Shown: in pieces, positions 22,467-32,870 of the stretch
Layout of the letters: each line of letters opens with the position of its first letter
How positions within the stretch are numbered: position 1 is the stretch's first letter
The notes under the pieces: model-generated
Databases searched by the model: none
Seen by the model: the letters and a program-made list of their open reading frames with translations, nothing else
Told to the model about the DNA's origin: nothing
Source of the DNA: a virus
Taxonomy: Duplodnaviria; Caudoviricetes
Direction: 5' to 3' (one strand)
IMG/VR virus record: IMGVR_UViG_3300021387_000075
DNA length: 64,000 bases
Position numbers and translations under genes: made by a program

Positions 22467-22910
22467 TCAAATATTAGGATGCCATTCTTCAATTTCTACT
22501 CCATGCGCGCGAATCCAATCCTGTACAGGCCAACGCTCACTACATGGATTATCATATTTTTCAAAGAACACAAATGCGAAGTTGATGTCATTAAAGTGTT
22601 CATTTTTGCATATTGCATCATGGAGGTTATGCAAATTTTGCATAAAGTGTTTAAAATCAAGTGCATCTAATTGCTTACGATACTCGCGCAAGAAAGCGCA
22701 GTCATCTGGATGCTTTGGATTACATTTACCATTACAAAGGCCATCGCAAGAATGACCTGGCCGCAATGGCTCACAATGGAGACTAATGATTCCACGCTTA
22801 TCCATTCCACCTACATTATACCATTTCGGCGGCCAAATGGTTGTATTTAAAACTACTAAATTAGTTGGAAAGTGACGAACTTGCGCCCAATAGGATGTAT
22901 ATAATTTCAT
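22467..22910 (-). CDS. Hypothetical protein (DUF488-like N-terminus)
   Basis: MKLYTSYW...PPKWY; weak family resemblance. Confidence 0.5.
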   Translation of the reverse strand: MKLYTSYWAQVRHFPTNLVVLNTTIWPPKWYNVGGMDKRGIISLHCEPLRPGHSCDGLCNGKCNPKHPDDCAFLREYRKQLDALDFKHFMQNLHNLHDAICKNEHFNDINFAFVFFEKYDNPCSERWPVQDWIRAHGVEIEEWHPNI

Positions 22911-23678
22911 TTAAAACTCCTTATCTTATTCCAATTAAACTCATACCCGCATTTTGGGCATTTAGAAATTTTTTGATAAATACGTTCCATACAGCCAGGG
23001 CACCATGTCAGCAGTCTATCATTGTCATCTTTATAAGCCTTAGATTTTTTTAATCGTTTGGCATCTTCTCGTGCTTGCTGGATATCAGCGTTTACATCAA
23101 AACTCATATTTCCTCACCATACAACTGCTCGTGTAGTTTCAATTCTTGGTTCTTGTACGCCCCAATCATAGAATGTTCCGCATCGGTCACAAGCATTATA
23201 GGACTTATATCGCTGTCCAATATATTCTCCACATGTTGGGCAGAAATACTCTATGGCATACCAAGAGTGCCAGCCATCTTCATCATATTTTTTAACAATT
23301 TTTGCACTAGGTCTAATTTTAGAAATCATTTTTACTCCCTCATTTAAATTTTTGCTTTAAAGCAAAGTTCATAGTACCGTATTTATTATATTTTAAATAA
23401 TAATAAACCAAAGCAATAACTCCGAATAGCAGATTTTTCTATGGATAATATCTAGGATTTCCTTGACAAGTTACAACTACTGTCCAATTATAATTCTTAT
23501 TCATAATTTACCCTCAATAAAATTAGATGTGCTATTACGCCAAATTTCTTTTCTATTACCCACCGCACTTCATACTTATAGGGCATATAATTGTAAGCCT
23601 ATAATACATTTCGCACGAATGGAGAAAAGAAAACTCTTTAGCTGATGGCTGCTTCTAAGCCCACAGTTCTAAATTAAG

Positions 23679-23765
23679 CGACACTAGCACGACTCGAACG
23701 TGCATACCCTTTTACAGATACCCTCGTCTTAGCAGGACGGGGCGTTACCATTCCGCCATAGTGTC
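23679..23765 (-). tRNA. tRNA-Ser(GCT)
   Basis: Cloverleaf, loop CTGCTAA, long variable arm, G73. Confidence 0.88.
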
Positions 23766-24064
23766 ATTCTTCTTTATGATACTTGTATTCCTCTGGAAGA
23801 ATTACTTGAAGGAATTGTCTAAAATATTTTGCCATATCTTCAGTAGATTTGAAACCAACAATTGTTTGTGGTTCATATGCACATTTATATAACACCATAT
23901 CCATTATTCTTAAACAATTATAAACTTCTTTTAACTTATCTTCCATAATACCTCCAATAAATAAAACGCCGCGGAAGAGTTGCAGATACTACTCTGCCTC
24001 TTACAACAGGAACAATCCAACGCGGCAAATCTATTAGCGCCGAAGCGCGAATATTTAATTAAAC

Positions 24065-24160
24065 TAGGCCATTGTGATTTGAAGGACTTGAACCTTCTCA
24101 AAAATTTTATGAAAGCAAATTTTCTTTAACCTATTTTTGAAATTATGCTGTAATGGCCTA
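24065..24160 (-). ncRNA. ACAGC-bulge stem RNA containing a T-arm
   Basis: TAGGCCATT/AATGGCCTA terminal stem, ACAGCA, GAAGG-TTCAAGT-CCTTC. Confidence 0.6.
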
Positions 24161-24165
24161 TAAAC

Positions 24166-24279
24166 TAGACAGTATTAGTACGCCGCTCTACCAATTGAGC
24201 TATCTTCCTAAAGGAAAAAATGGACTCGAACCATTAACACGCGGATCCTCAGTCAAGAAAATAAGGCTGTAACTGTCTA
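24166..24279 (-). ncRNA. Circularly permuted tRNA mimic (Y RNA/YrlA-like architecture)
   Basis: Terminal stem TAGACAGT/ACTGTCTA enclosing T-arm, loop-closed acceptor stem, then D-arm. Confidence 0.75.
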
Positions 24280-24283
24280 TAAG

Positions 24284-24357
24284 TCCGAGTAGCGAGATTT
24301 GAACTCACGACTTCCTGCTCCCGAAGCAGGCGCTCTACCAAGCTGAGCTACACCCGG
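24284..24357 (-). tRNA. tRNA-Pro(CGG)
   Basis: Cloverleaf, loop TTCGGGA. Confidence 0.93.
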
Positions 24358-24949
24358 AAATGCGGCTTTCGCCGCGAACGAAAGGAGATGATTCACAAAT
24401 GTTTTGCAAGCTCAATTCTGTTGCCTCTTATATCTACTCTTATCTCTCTTTCTGTAATTATTATATCATAAATTTTCTTCATTGTCAAGCATTTGATCTT
24501 TCATTTCTTCAAGTTTGCGCCTATCGGAAATTGTATTTTCACCATGTTTAGATAGTCCTCGGCACAAAGGGCATGAGCAATAGATAGCGTTTTTTGAATA
24601 TTGATGAAGGTTATCATACCATCCTTCAGGCCAACGATAAACTTCTTCTACAATTTTACGCTTACGAATAGCTTTCTTCCAATCATTATGACGTTTCTCT
24701 GCGGTATTACGCATAGGCATCACTCCCATGGATATTTATTTATTTTTACTGGTATATCATTATACCACTTTTTACGCGCTCCGCAATTGGGACAATAGCG
24801 ATATAAAAGATTGATTTCTTGCTTCAGATTAAAGCCTTGTTTATTGCGCGAACAAGCATAATCAAAGCCACATGAGCAATGAGCGTACCATGCTATATCA
24901 CCTAAGTATTTTCTTATTTCCCAATGATGATCAATACTCCGGCCCTTCC

Positions 24950-25258
24950 TCATGGCGCCTCCATAAATATAACTGGCTTTCCGTGCTTATACGCGTAAGC
25001 AATTTCACTTTTAGTGCTTTCACCAATATATCCATTCTTATTGATTATAAAAATTTCATCAGCCATATCAATTTTACGCTTGTGGATATCATCGAGCATT
25101 ATTTTTTGTTCTTCGGTAAAAACATCCCCACTATGGCCAAAGCACCCTACGCTAAGTACAATATTACCAGCAAGAGTAAGTTCTTTATTAACACGTTCAA
25201 AATCCTCCTTGAAACGAGTACTTCCGCATAGCGTTATTACATGATAGTTACCAATCAT
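24950..25258 (-). CDS. Small deoxyribosyltransferase-like/DUF4406-like protein
   Basis: ITLCGSTRF, HKRKIDMAD, GYIGESTKSEI. Confidence 0.65.
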   Translation of the reverse strand: MIGNYHVITLCGSTRFKEDFERVNKELTLAGNIVLSVGCFGHSGDVFTEEQKIMLDDIHKRKIDMADEIFIINKNGYIGESTKSEIAYAYKHGKPVIFMEAP

Positions 25259-25561
25259 TCACCCACCGCCTTAGAAATAAAATCATGAAGATACATAAGA
25301 AAATCTTCATCTTCCACATAAAAAGGATCATTACCATGCTCGTTTTTATATGCTAAACAAGCATTCACCATTAGCTGGCTCAGGCGCCAATCAGGAACCA
25401 TTCCCCAAATTGTAGCAAGCGCATCGCAATAAGGTTTAATTCGATTTGGATTTCTCATGTATATCCTCCAATTATCAAAATAATGCGGTTTCCCGGGTAT
25501 CCTTGTAAGAGCACATTACCGCAAAGAGCTATCTTACCTTTCTTATCCCTATGCTTAAAAG

Positions 25562-25632
25562 CAGGGGAACTAGGATTCGAACCTAGACCACAAATTTTGG
25601 AGATTCGGATGCTGCCGTTACACCATTCCCCT
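25562..25632 (-). tRNA. tRNA-Trp(CCA)
   Basis: Cloverleaf, loop CTCCAAA. Confidence 0.93.
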
Positions 25633-25733
25633 ACGTGCACCATTTTCTCATAACGTTATAAACGGTGCCAAACTTGTCCGGATAGGAATGACGGTCATGA
25701 CTCCGTCTTACTGGCCCCTATCAGCCAGCATCG

Positions 25734-25806
25734 TGCGCCATCGGAGACTCGAACTCCGCACGCCAGCATTAAAAGTGCTGTGCTCTACCAGATGAGCTAA
25801 TGGCGC
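25734..25806 (-). tRNA. tRNA-Lys(TTT)
   Basis: Cloverleaf, loop CTTTTAA. Confidence 0.95.
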
Positions 25807-25810
25807 ATAT

Positions 25811-25885
25811 TGGTGCCTAGGGGTGGAATCGGACCACCGCATGGGAGATTTTCAGTCTCCAGCCTTTCCATTTGGCTACCCAGGC
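25811..25885 (-). tRNA. tRNA-Phe(GAA)
   Basis: Loop CTGAAAA; encoded CCA; variant T-loop TCCGATT. Confidence 0.9.
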
Positions 25886-26108
25886 ACGAAGAGCGGACGC
25901 ATCCGCTCAACGAAGGCTTAGGCCGAAGCCAACCGCCGCAATTCATTTTTGTATAATTCTATAAGTATATGTTGGCATATGATAGTCTTTCGACCATTTA
26001 CCTTTACCGAAGTAGAATCGAAAATAATCATTATGTTCTTCTACTCCTTCAATTTCATATTGGCTACTCATCTCAACCCAATGATTTGTTAATTCAACTA
26101 TCATTAAA

Positions 26109-26726
26109 TTACGGCCATTCTCCCAATGGGAAACCAAGTCCTGCGCGCTCTACATTCGTGTTGAAAAATACACCTGCTGTTGCGGGGCCAGTTAAAAGCT
26201 CGCTGGCAATAGTTTCATAAAGGGTGCTAATAATGCCGTGGCAATCGTTTAGATTATCCGCAGCAAACTGTACTACACAGTTATTAAATACAACATAAGT
26301 AGTACCAATCCATTGGTAGCCTTCTTCGGCTGGGCACTTGGAATATGCGTAAGCCGGATTCTTCGAGAAAGCCGTATCAAATAGCTCAACCTTACTTGTG
26401 AAAGCACGGTTACTGGGCTTACCATCAACAATTACCTTTAGTGTCACATTGCCAAACTTAATTTCTTCAGGTAGAATTTGTAGAAGAGCAGCAACCTTAT
26501 CCCCGTTGTTACAAGCTAGAACAACGCAAGGATGGGAGCCAGAAAAGTCAGTATTAAAAGCAATCTGTGGATCACCATCAAATAGAGCTTCTAGCTTTCT
26601 GATTACAATTGTCCAGGGTGGTAGAATCTTTAGTCTCGGTTCATTCATATTATAGGTACCTCCAAAATGAATTATATGCGCTTTTCGCGCAAAGTCTCCA
26701 GCCGACGATTTGAACGCCGATTTCAT
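26109..26726 (-). CDS. Hypothetical phage protein (true start probably MNEPRLK, ~26648)
   Basis: ORF track; GGAGG RBS before the internal Met. Confidence 0.7.
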   Translation of the reverse strand: MKSAFKSSAGDFARKAHIIHFGGTYNMNEPRLKILPPWTIVIRKLEALFDGDPQIAFNTDFSGSHPCVVLACNNGDKVAALLQILPEEIKFGNVTLKVIVDGKPSNRAFTSKVELFDTAFSKNPAYAYSKCPAEEGYQWIGTTYVVFNNCVVQFAADNLNDCHGIISTLYETIASELLTGPATAGVFFNTNVERAGLGFPLGEWP

Positions 26727-26766
26727 GGTCCGTAGCCATGTGTTCTCTCCCTTAGACTAGCCGGAG
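26695..26766 (-). tRNA. tRNA-Arg(ACG)
   Basis: Cloverleaf, loop CTACGGA. Confidence 0.85.
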
Positions 26767-26885
26767 ATAGTGTGCTACCTTTATGGGCCGTGGTCCGCAT
26801 GCAAAGCCTAAGCGTGTGCCCTCTCGCAGTAGTAGCACGGGATGCGTCAAATCCATCCACTGGGTTGTCAGCTGAACAACAATCG

Positions 26886-26959
26886 TACCTCCCATGAGAT
26901 TTGAACTCATACTGTATACGTTCTTAGCGTATTATCTCTGCCAGTTGGATTAGAGAGGC
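26886..26959 (-). tRNA. tRNA-Leu(AAG), short variable arm
   Basis: ATACG-CTAAGAA-CGTAT anticodon arm; A73. Confidence 0.8.
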
Positions 26960-27131
26960 ATAGATACTTTGTTAGGCTCTGCAGCGCCTATCTAACAGGC
27001 TTCAAAGTATAATTGCCTGGCCCTTTCATCATCGGTGCAAATGCTCACGCTTGTTTATTATAGTCCCTGCATTGTGAGGCCCCAAGACTTTCCATTTTGC
27101 CGATTGAATACGGTAAGCGCATGGATACGCT

Positions 27132-27217
27132 TGGTGCGCCGGGGTGGAGTCGAACCACCGATGTTTCTTCGTCGTGGATTTACAGTCCACTGTCTTCGCC
27201 ACTGGACATACCGACGC
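27132..27217 (-). tRNA. tRNA-Tyr(GTA)
   Basis: Loop CTGTAAA, long variable arm, encoded CCA. Confidence 0.93.
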
Positions 27218-27727
27218 ATAATACGCGGTCTAAGGTGCCGCAAACCCTATCCTTGAACCGCAGGAACTCAGGATAGATTAGTTCCATATAATATCAAGCA
27301 GAGCAGACATAATCTGTTTCATATATTGCTATTGTTCCTACAGCTCAATGGTTACTTGATTTTTACCAACCACTCGCATCCCACCGCCCTGTTCTACTCG
27401 GTTAGAGGTCACTGTCACGTTATTCACGAACTTCCTCATCGCCTAAGTAGTCATGCGCCAAAGCCTTGTCCGTTGGTATATTAAAATGTTTTAATTTCAA
27501 GTTCTTCTGCTTTAACATAAGGCCGTTCATCCGGGCCCTTACTGTAATCCATCCACCAATAACTATGAGATTCAATCTGTGATTTCTTCAATTCAACATA
27601 TGCTGCAATGTTATTTGTGTTTACATATTCTCTTTCTATACGCCAATTTCTACATTCACAATCAGTATACCGTTCAATAAAAACCACATAAATCTTTTTC
27701 ATAATTTTTTCCTTTCAGAATTTTTAA

Positions 27728-27802
27728 TGGAGCCTCCAGACGGATTCGAACCGCCATAAGCGCCTTACGAAGACGCCGTACTTGCCGTTGTACGATGGAG
27801 GC
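27728..27802 (-). tRNA. tRNA-Thr(CGT)
   Basis: Loop TTCGTAA, encoded CCA. Confidence 0.92.
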
Positions 27803-28017
27803 ATAGTTGAGAGGGAAAGGCGCGATGGTGTTCCGCGCTAGCCGTTTATTGTCATTTCTAAGTCCTCGTCAGGACTTAAGTCCTCGTCAGGATTTTCCTT
27901 CCCTCTTAACATAATTATTATAACAAAATTTTTATTAAAAGTCAAATATTAATTTAATAAGCATTTGAAAATGGATATACTATAAGCATAAAGAATATCA
28001 GTAATCCAATTATAAAT

Positions 28018-28416
28018 TTAAATTTCATGTTTTACCTCTTCTCTAAAAAAGTAAAGTAAGTAAGTATCTGGTTCTAAGCCAGTAAAGTCTACAACAATGC
28101 CTAAATCTTCAGTAATTTCAGCGTCATATAAATATAAGTCATTGTTAATTAGTGCAGACTTGATATGATCATCTGGATGAATTTCAACTGGAATATACCA
28201 AGTAACTTTTTCATAAGGCTTATCTACAATTACCTATACAGCTTCAATTAGTTCGTAACATTCTAAGTCGAAGTCAAATAGTGCTGGATCACATTCTTCA
28301 AACTACATTTCAGGGTCGCATGTAATTAAAGACTTGGTAGATACAGACGGCGCGGCCGCGGCGAATAAGGGAAACGTAAGTAATAAACATAATATAAGTA
28401 AAATAAGTTTTTTCAT
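28018..28416 (-). CDS. Predicted secreted protein (signal peptide), TAG-recoded
   Basis: MKKLILLILCLLLTFPLFAAAAPS...; at least 2 in-frame TAG; TAA stop. Confidence 0.7.
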
Positions 28417-28417
28417 T

Positions 28418-28834
28418 TTAACTCTCCTATGATAAATAAAATGTCACCTAAGACATTAATTTTTTACTAAAGTAAACAATTTCTAAAACATCTGTATTTG
28501 TTGTGAATATTTTAGGTAAAAACTAATAGTGCATATTTACCTATGTATAGTATTCTACATAATTTAATCCAATTTTACAGAAAAAATAAAATCTAATCCA
28601 TGCTTGTTCTGTAATATTGTATGAAGTAATACTCCATAATTTAGCGCATACTTTATCAATAAATTGAATTGCTCTTGGCATATCCTTCCTAGAATAATTA
28701 CTGTCATAAAGTAAATTACCAATTAGTATTATAGAATTAGTGGATTCTGTATTTAAGTATAACGATAAATCTTCAGTAGAAAAATTAGAGCACCTTTTAA
28801 ACGCGAATAATAAATGTAAATAAGCAGTATTCAT
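28418..28834 (-). CDS. Hypothetical protein in rSAM operon (4 TAG)
   Basis: ORF 28541..28834 extends through TAGs to TAA; ATGA overlap with the upstream gene. Confidence 0.65.
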
Positions 28835-29340
28835 GCGCGCTACGTTAAGGAATTAAGATCTGGTATAATTTCTATATTATCAAGTTGATCTAATAACTAC
28901 TGAATTTCATTTACACGTTCTGAATGATATAAAATTAAAGTTTGCGTATAATAATACTTTAATATTTTCTATAATTCTATTACTTCTATTTTTTGAACTT
29001 CAGCGCTAATAATAGAATTGAGTAAGTTAAGAGTTGTAGTATCCGATTCATTAACTGGTTGTAAGCGCTATACGATATATGCACTAATTATGTTTTGCTC
29101 TGCTTCTGTATAGTAAGAATTATATAGTGCCTAAATAATATTAGATACATATGAATAATTATCACTAAATGAAGCTGTATAGGCTGAAGAAGCACATCTT
29201 TCTATAGCCGCTAGCACGATTCCAATTGGATATTCAAATCTGCTTAAAGCAGTATCAAAAGATGTAAAATCATTAATATTAAATGGTTCCCTATTTTGAA
29301 ATAGTTTTAAAAGTTTTAATTCTATAGTTAAACTAGACAT
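28831..29340 (-). CDS. Hypothetical protein in rSAM operon (5 TAG)
   Basis: ORF 29131..29340 extends through TAGs to TGA; AGGAGG RBS. Confidence 0.7.
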
Positions 29341-29351
29341 GTTTTTCCTCC

Positions 29352-29891
29352 TTATTTATGTCCTGGTACTGAAGAAGCTTCATTACTACAGCTACCATGA
29401 GCAGTTGTACAAACATCTGCACAAGTTTTAGAACATGCTGCTCCACATGTCCCAGCACAGCCGCCCGAACAACTACTACAACTGCCTTTACATTTACCCG
29501 TACATGAGCTTTCGCAGCCACCTTTACATCCGCTTTTACACCCGCCACTACATGAATTATAGCATAAACCACGGCAGCTACTACCTGTACAGTCAGTACT
29601 AGCAGAGGTTGCCGGCGTGTCCTCATAATTTGCTAAAGCAATATTGGCAGCGGAAATATCTTTAATAGCATTTGACTAAATACCAGTAGCCTTAATTAAA
29701 TTAATAAAACCTACTGTTTCATTAAAATGAGTTAATCTGGCAAGTTCGTTTCTATTAGCTGAATTTGTAAAATTAGTAGCATAAGATGCGAGGCTATCTT
29801 TGAATTTTCTTCTTGACATTTCAGCTTTTACTCGATTTTTAAAAGCAATAATATCATTAGATAATATTGCAGATCCCTATTGTAAGCCCAT
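29352..29891 (-). CDS. Cys-rich CxxxC-repeat protein, putative radical-SAM substrate (179 aa, 2 TAG)
   Basis: C-terminus DCTGSSCRGLCYNSCSGGCKSGCKGGCESSCTGKCKGSCSSCSGGCAGTCGAACSKTCADVCTTAHGSC with 17 Cys; missing from the ORF track. Confidence 0.85.
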
Positions 29892-29902
29892 TAAAATCAC
29901 CC

Positions 29903-31165
29903 TTATTTTGCTAATTGCATTAATAATTTTAATTCATTTTCAGGAATAATCTGTAATGCAATTTCTTTATTTAATAATACGGGAATACGTTTATTAATAT
30001 TATTTTGTATATACATTTTATTCCAATAATAACTACTAATTAATACACCTGCTCGGTAAATCCAGCAGATATTAGTATTTCGTATATTGACGGCTCCTTC
30101 TGATTTATAATTCCATCCAGCGCACATGGGGCACATACCGTGAATATTACAGTTTGAACATTGATTATTTTGCATTGTTAAATTTATGTTATATTTTTTT
30201 AACCATTCAGAAGTTGGTGAGATACCATTAATATTACCTATTGAAATAGGATTATTTAATGAACTATTCATAAAACGCAAGCAAGGATACGCAATTCCAC
30301 TGGGATCAAAAGAAATGGTCTAACCAAAAGCGCCACAAGTAATATTATCTTGATGATAATCATAAATTTGATCTAAGTTTTCATAAAATAAACTAGTATA
30401 GATACTTGGATTTTTAAGTAAAGAATCAGCAATTGATTTTAATTCAAAATAATACTATGTTGCTTCCTACTATGTCCATTTATGTTCAAATATTGGTCCG
30501 CCAATTATTACCTTACAGCCTATATCGGTAAAGAATTTATAGATTTCATGTAAATATAATAAATTATCTGGAGTAACAGTAATTTTAGTATTTGGATACC
30601 CTTTAGTTTTACTCCAATAATCTTTAAACGCCGCAATTGCCATATCAAAACTACCATATCCTTTTTTATCTTTTCTACAGGCATCATGCATTATTTTTGG
30701 CCCATCAATAGTAATACTTAATTTTACAAAATCTTCAAACTCTTTAAGATATTTCTATACTTGTTTAGTAAAATATAATGTACCATTAGTAGATAAAGAA
30801 AAGCTAAAATTAGTTAGCCAGGGATGCTATTGTTTTATACACTAATCAATAAAATACCAACTTCCATAATAAATAGTGTCAATATTCATTAAGGTTTCGC
30901 CGCCGATGAACTCCAATGTAACTCCTTTGGTGTGCTAATTAATAATAGTATTTTTCTAGTTTTCTTTATACTAATTAAATAATAAATCAATACACGATTG
31001 CATTATACTTTTTGTCATAGATTCATTGCCTTTATTTGTCTAATAACAATATGAACAATTTAAATTGCATTTATTAGTGACCTAAAAAGTAATACGACGA
31101 TAATTTGCATCTGGATCATCATCTAAATACGGTAACAATGAAATATAATCTATTGGAGAATCCAT
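29903..31165 (-). CDS. Radical SAM/SPASM peptide maturase, CXXX-repeat-target type (copy 1, TAG-rich)
   Basis: ITF[Q]VTNKCNLNCSYCY[Q], FIGGE, STNG, ITIDG, YPCLRF, CSNC...CPMCAGWNY. Confidence 0.9.
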
Positions 31166-31431
31166 TATTCACACTCCACAGTTTGATTAAAAAAATTTAC
31201 TTTACATTTACGCCATTCTGTTTCTGGACAATATTTCTAATTCAAAAGCCTTTTAGCAGTATCTAGTTCAATTTTGTACATAATTGCATTACTAAAATTT
31301 TCTTGTATAAATTCATCATCTTTATTTATTCCATGTTTTAATAAATATTTAAGAATATGTAAATGAGCTTCATATATTTTTAGCAATGCTTCAATTTCAT
31401 CCGATTCATCGCGTGTAATATTAATAGTCAT
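31165..31431 (-). CDS. CXXX-repeat modification system partner protein (copy 1)
   Basis: MTINITRDESDEIEAL...; resembles 36644..36931; TAATG overlap with the rSAM gene; one TAG. Confidence 0.7.
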
Positions 31432-31527
31432 ATTATTCTCCTATTAAAAATAGCCCCATACGGGGCAAATTCAGCAGTAGGTTGCTAGCCCCACATACGT
31501 TTATACACTTATTTGGTATCGTGTAAG

Positions 31528-31611
31528 TGCCCGAGGCCGGACTTGAACCGGCACGCTCAAAAGAGCAACAGATTTTAAGTCTGTGGTGTCTGCCTATTCC
31601 ACCACTCGGGC
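31528..31611 (-). tRNA. tRNA-Leu(TAA)
   Basis: Loop CTTAAAA, long variable arm. Confidence 0.95.
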
Positions 31612-32105
31612 ATAAAATACAGGATTTGTTTGTCATGCGTCCATGAGCCAGCTTAGTATTAAGCGAAATAACTGTTCATCGCTCCTGTATTGTTAATGAC
31701 GTAAAACCCCAAACTAGTCATTATCGCGTCTAGCTAGACCGCATGTTTTCTGTCTTGAACGAGCAAGCGCGTGACAAGGATTACAATCTTATTTAGGGAA
31801 CTTCCCAGAGTCAAGAGAAACTCATCTACAGCGCGAGAGGCGTACTAAGATCTTGTCTTAGTGGGTTGCGCTTCGGTGTAGGGGGTGGACCAAAGGGCAT
31901 TTCACCCAGCCCAAACGGCAGTTTTCAGTCATGCTGGACATTCTATAATAGCAGATGCAACTAGTATTCAGCACCATTTCTCGATGCTGGCATCTCCTAA
32001 TAGAAAGCACGTACTCATTAAGCACATGCCTAGTCCGTTTTATATGATAGAATACCCCGCGGAGCAGGCTCCAAGTGGTACAACGGCTCATACTATCAAA
32101 AATAC

Positions 32106-32170
32106 TAGGCACATTAAACTAGACTTTTTAACAGAAAGTTGTTCGTATAAAAGTTTGCTGTTTGCGCCTA
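32106..32170 (-). ncRNA. ACAGC-bulge stem RNA
   Basis: TAGGCGCA-AACAGCAA...TGTGCCTA. Confidence 0.55.
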
Positions 32171-32349
32171 ATTCGCACTTTACTTCGCTTCTTTCTATAC
32201 CGTTTTCCGCTATGCCACATATCACTACTGACCTGCCCGCTTGTTCGCTCAAGCGTACTTATATGCACTGCGGCGGCAGGTTTCGTGCCAGTGGTAGTTT
32301 AAGTGCTAAATCCGTGTTAACGGTTTCCACCAACTAACGAGTGGAGATG

Positions 32350-32423
32350 TACCCAATGGGAGATTTGAACTCCGCGTCTGCACCTTGAAAGGGTGCTGTG
32401 CTAACCTACTACACCAATCGGGC
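32350..32423 (-). tRNA. tRNA-Glu(TTC)
   Basis: Loop CTTTCAA. Confidence 0.88.
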
Positions 32424-32475
32424 ATTTGGCGCTTTCGCGCCATACATACTAAGAGGTATGTTGTTATGATCAGAG

Positions 32476-32547
32476 CGACCTTACGCAGAATTGAACTGCG
32501 GTTTTAGGTGTGATAAGCCTACGTAATTACCACTATACGATAAGGCC
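32476..32547 (-). tRNA. tRNA-Asp-like with ATC anticodon
   Basis: Asp-type body (G73, C38), loop TTATCAC. Confidence 0.8.
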
Positions 32548-32718
32548 AGATGGCGTTTTCGCGCCAATAGATATGCTGCAAACAAGGTATGGAAATGGTT
32601 CAAAGGGTTAAATGTTTCTATTGCTGGCATATCAATAGGCACGTTTTATAGTGCGGTGCCCAAGCACTGACACTCTTTCACAAAATGCTACAGAAGTGAA
32701 AGGAATGTTTATGTAGCG

Positions 32719-32791
32719 CGGCTCCTGTAGGGCTCGAACCTACGACACTTCGGTTAACAGCCGAATGCTCTGCCAACTGAGCTAAGGAGCC
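32719..32791 (-). tRNA. tRNA-Asn(GTT)
   Basis: Loop CTGTTAA. Confidence 0.95.
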
Positions 32792-32870
32792 ATATGAAGT
32801 GAGTATTACGGCCCTCACTTACGGCTTCTAACACACTTATGATGGCTCAGGTGGAATACCCTAAGCCGAG

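Noticed and set aside
27859-27893. Duplicated CTGACGAGGAC resembling a hammerhead core or CRISPR repeat
   Set aside because: Only two adjacent copies with no spacer; GAAA does not follow stem II, so the ribozyme core is incomplete
29333-29626. 97-aa Val/Ala-rich ORF from the track
   Set aside because: Shadow frame of the Cys-repeat gene, whose TGT/TGC periodicity produces the Val pattern
25455-31636. Short ORFs 25455..25643, 27058..27243 and 31433..31636
   Set aside because: They overlap tRNA-Trp, tRNA-Tyr and tRNA-Leu
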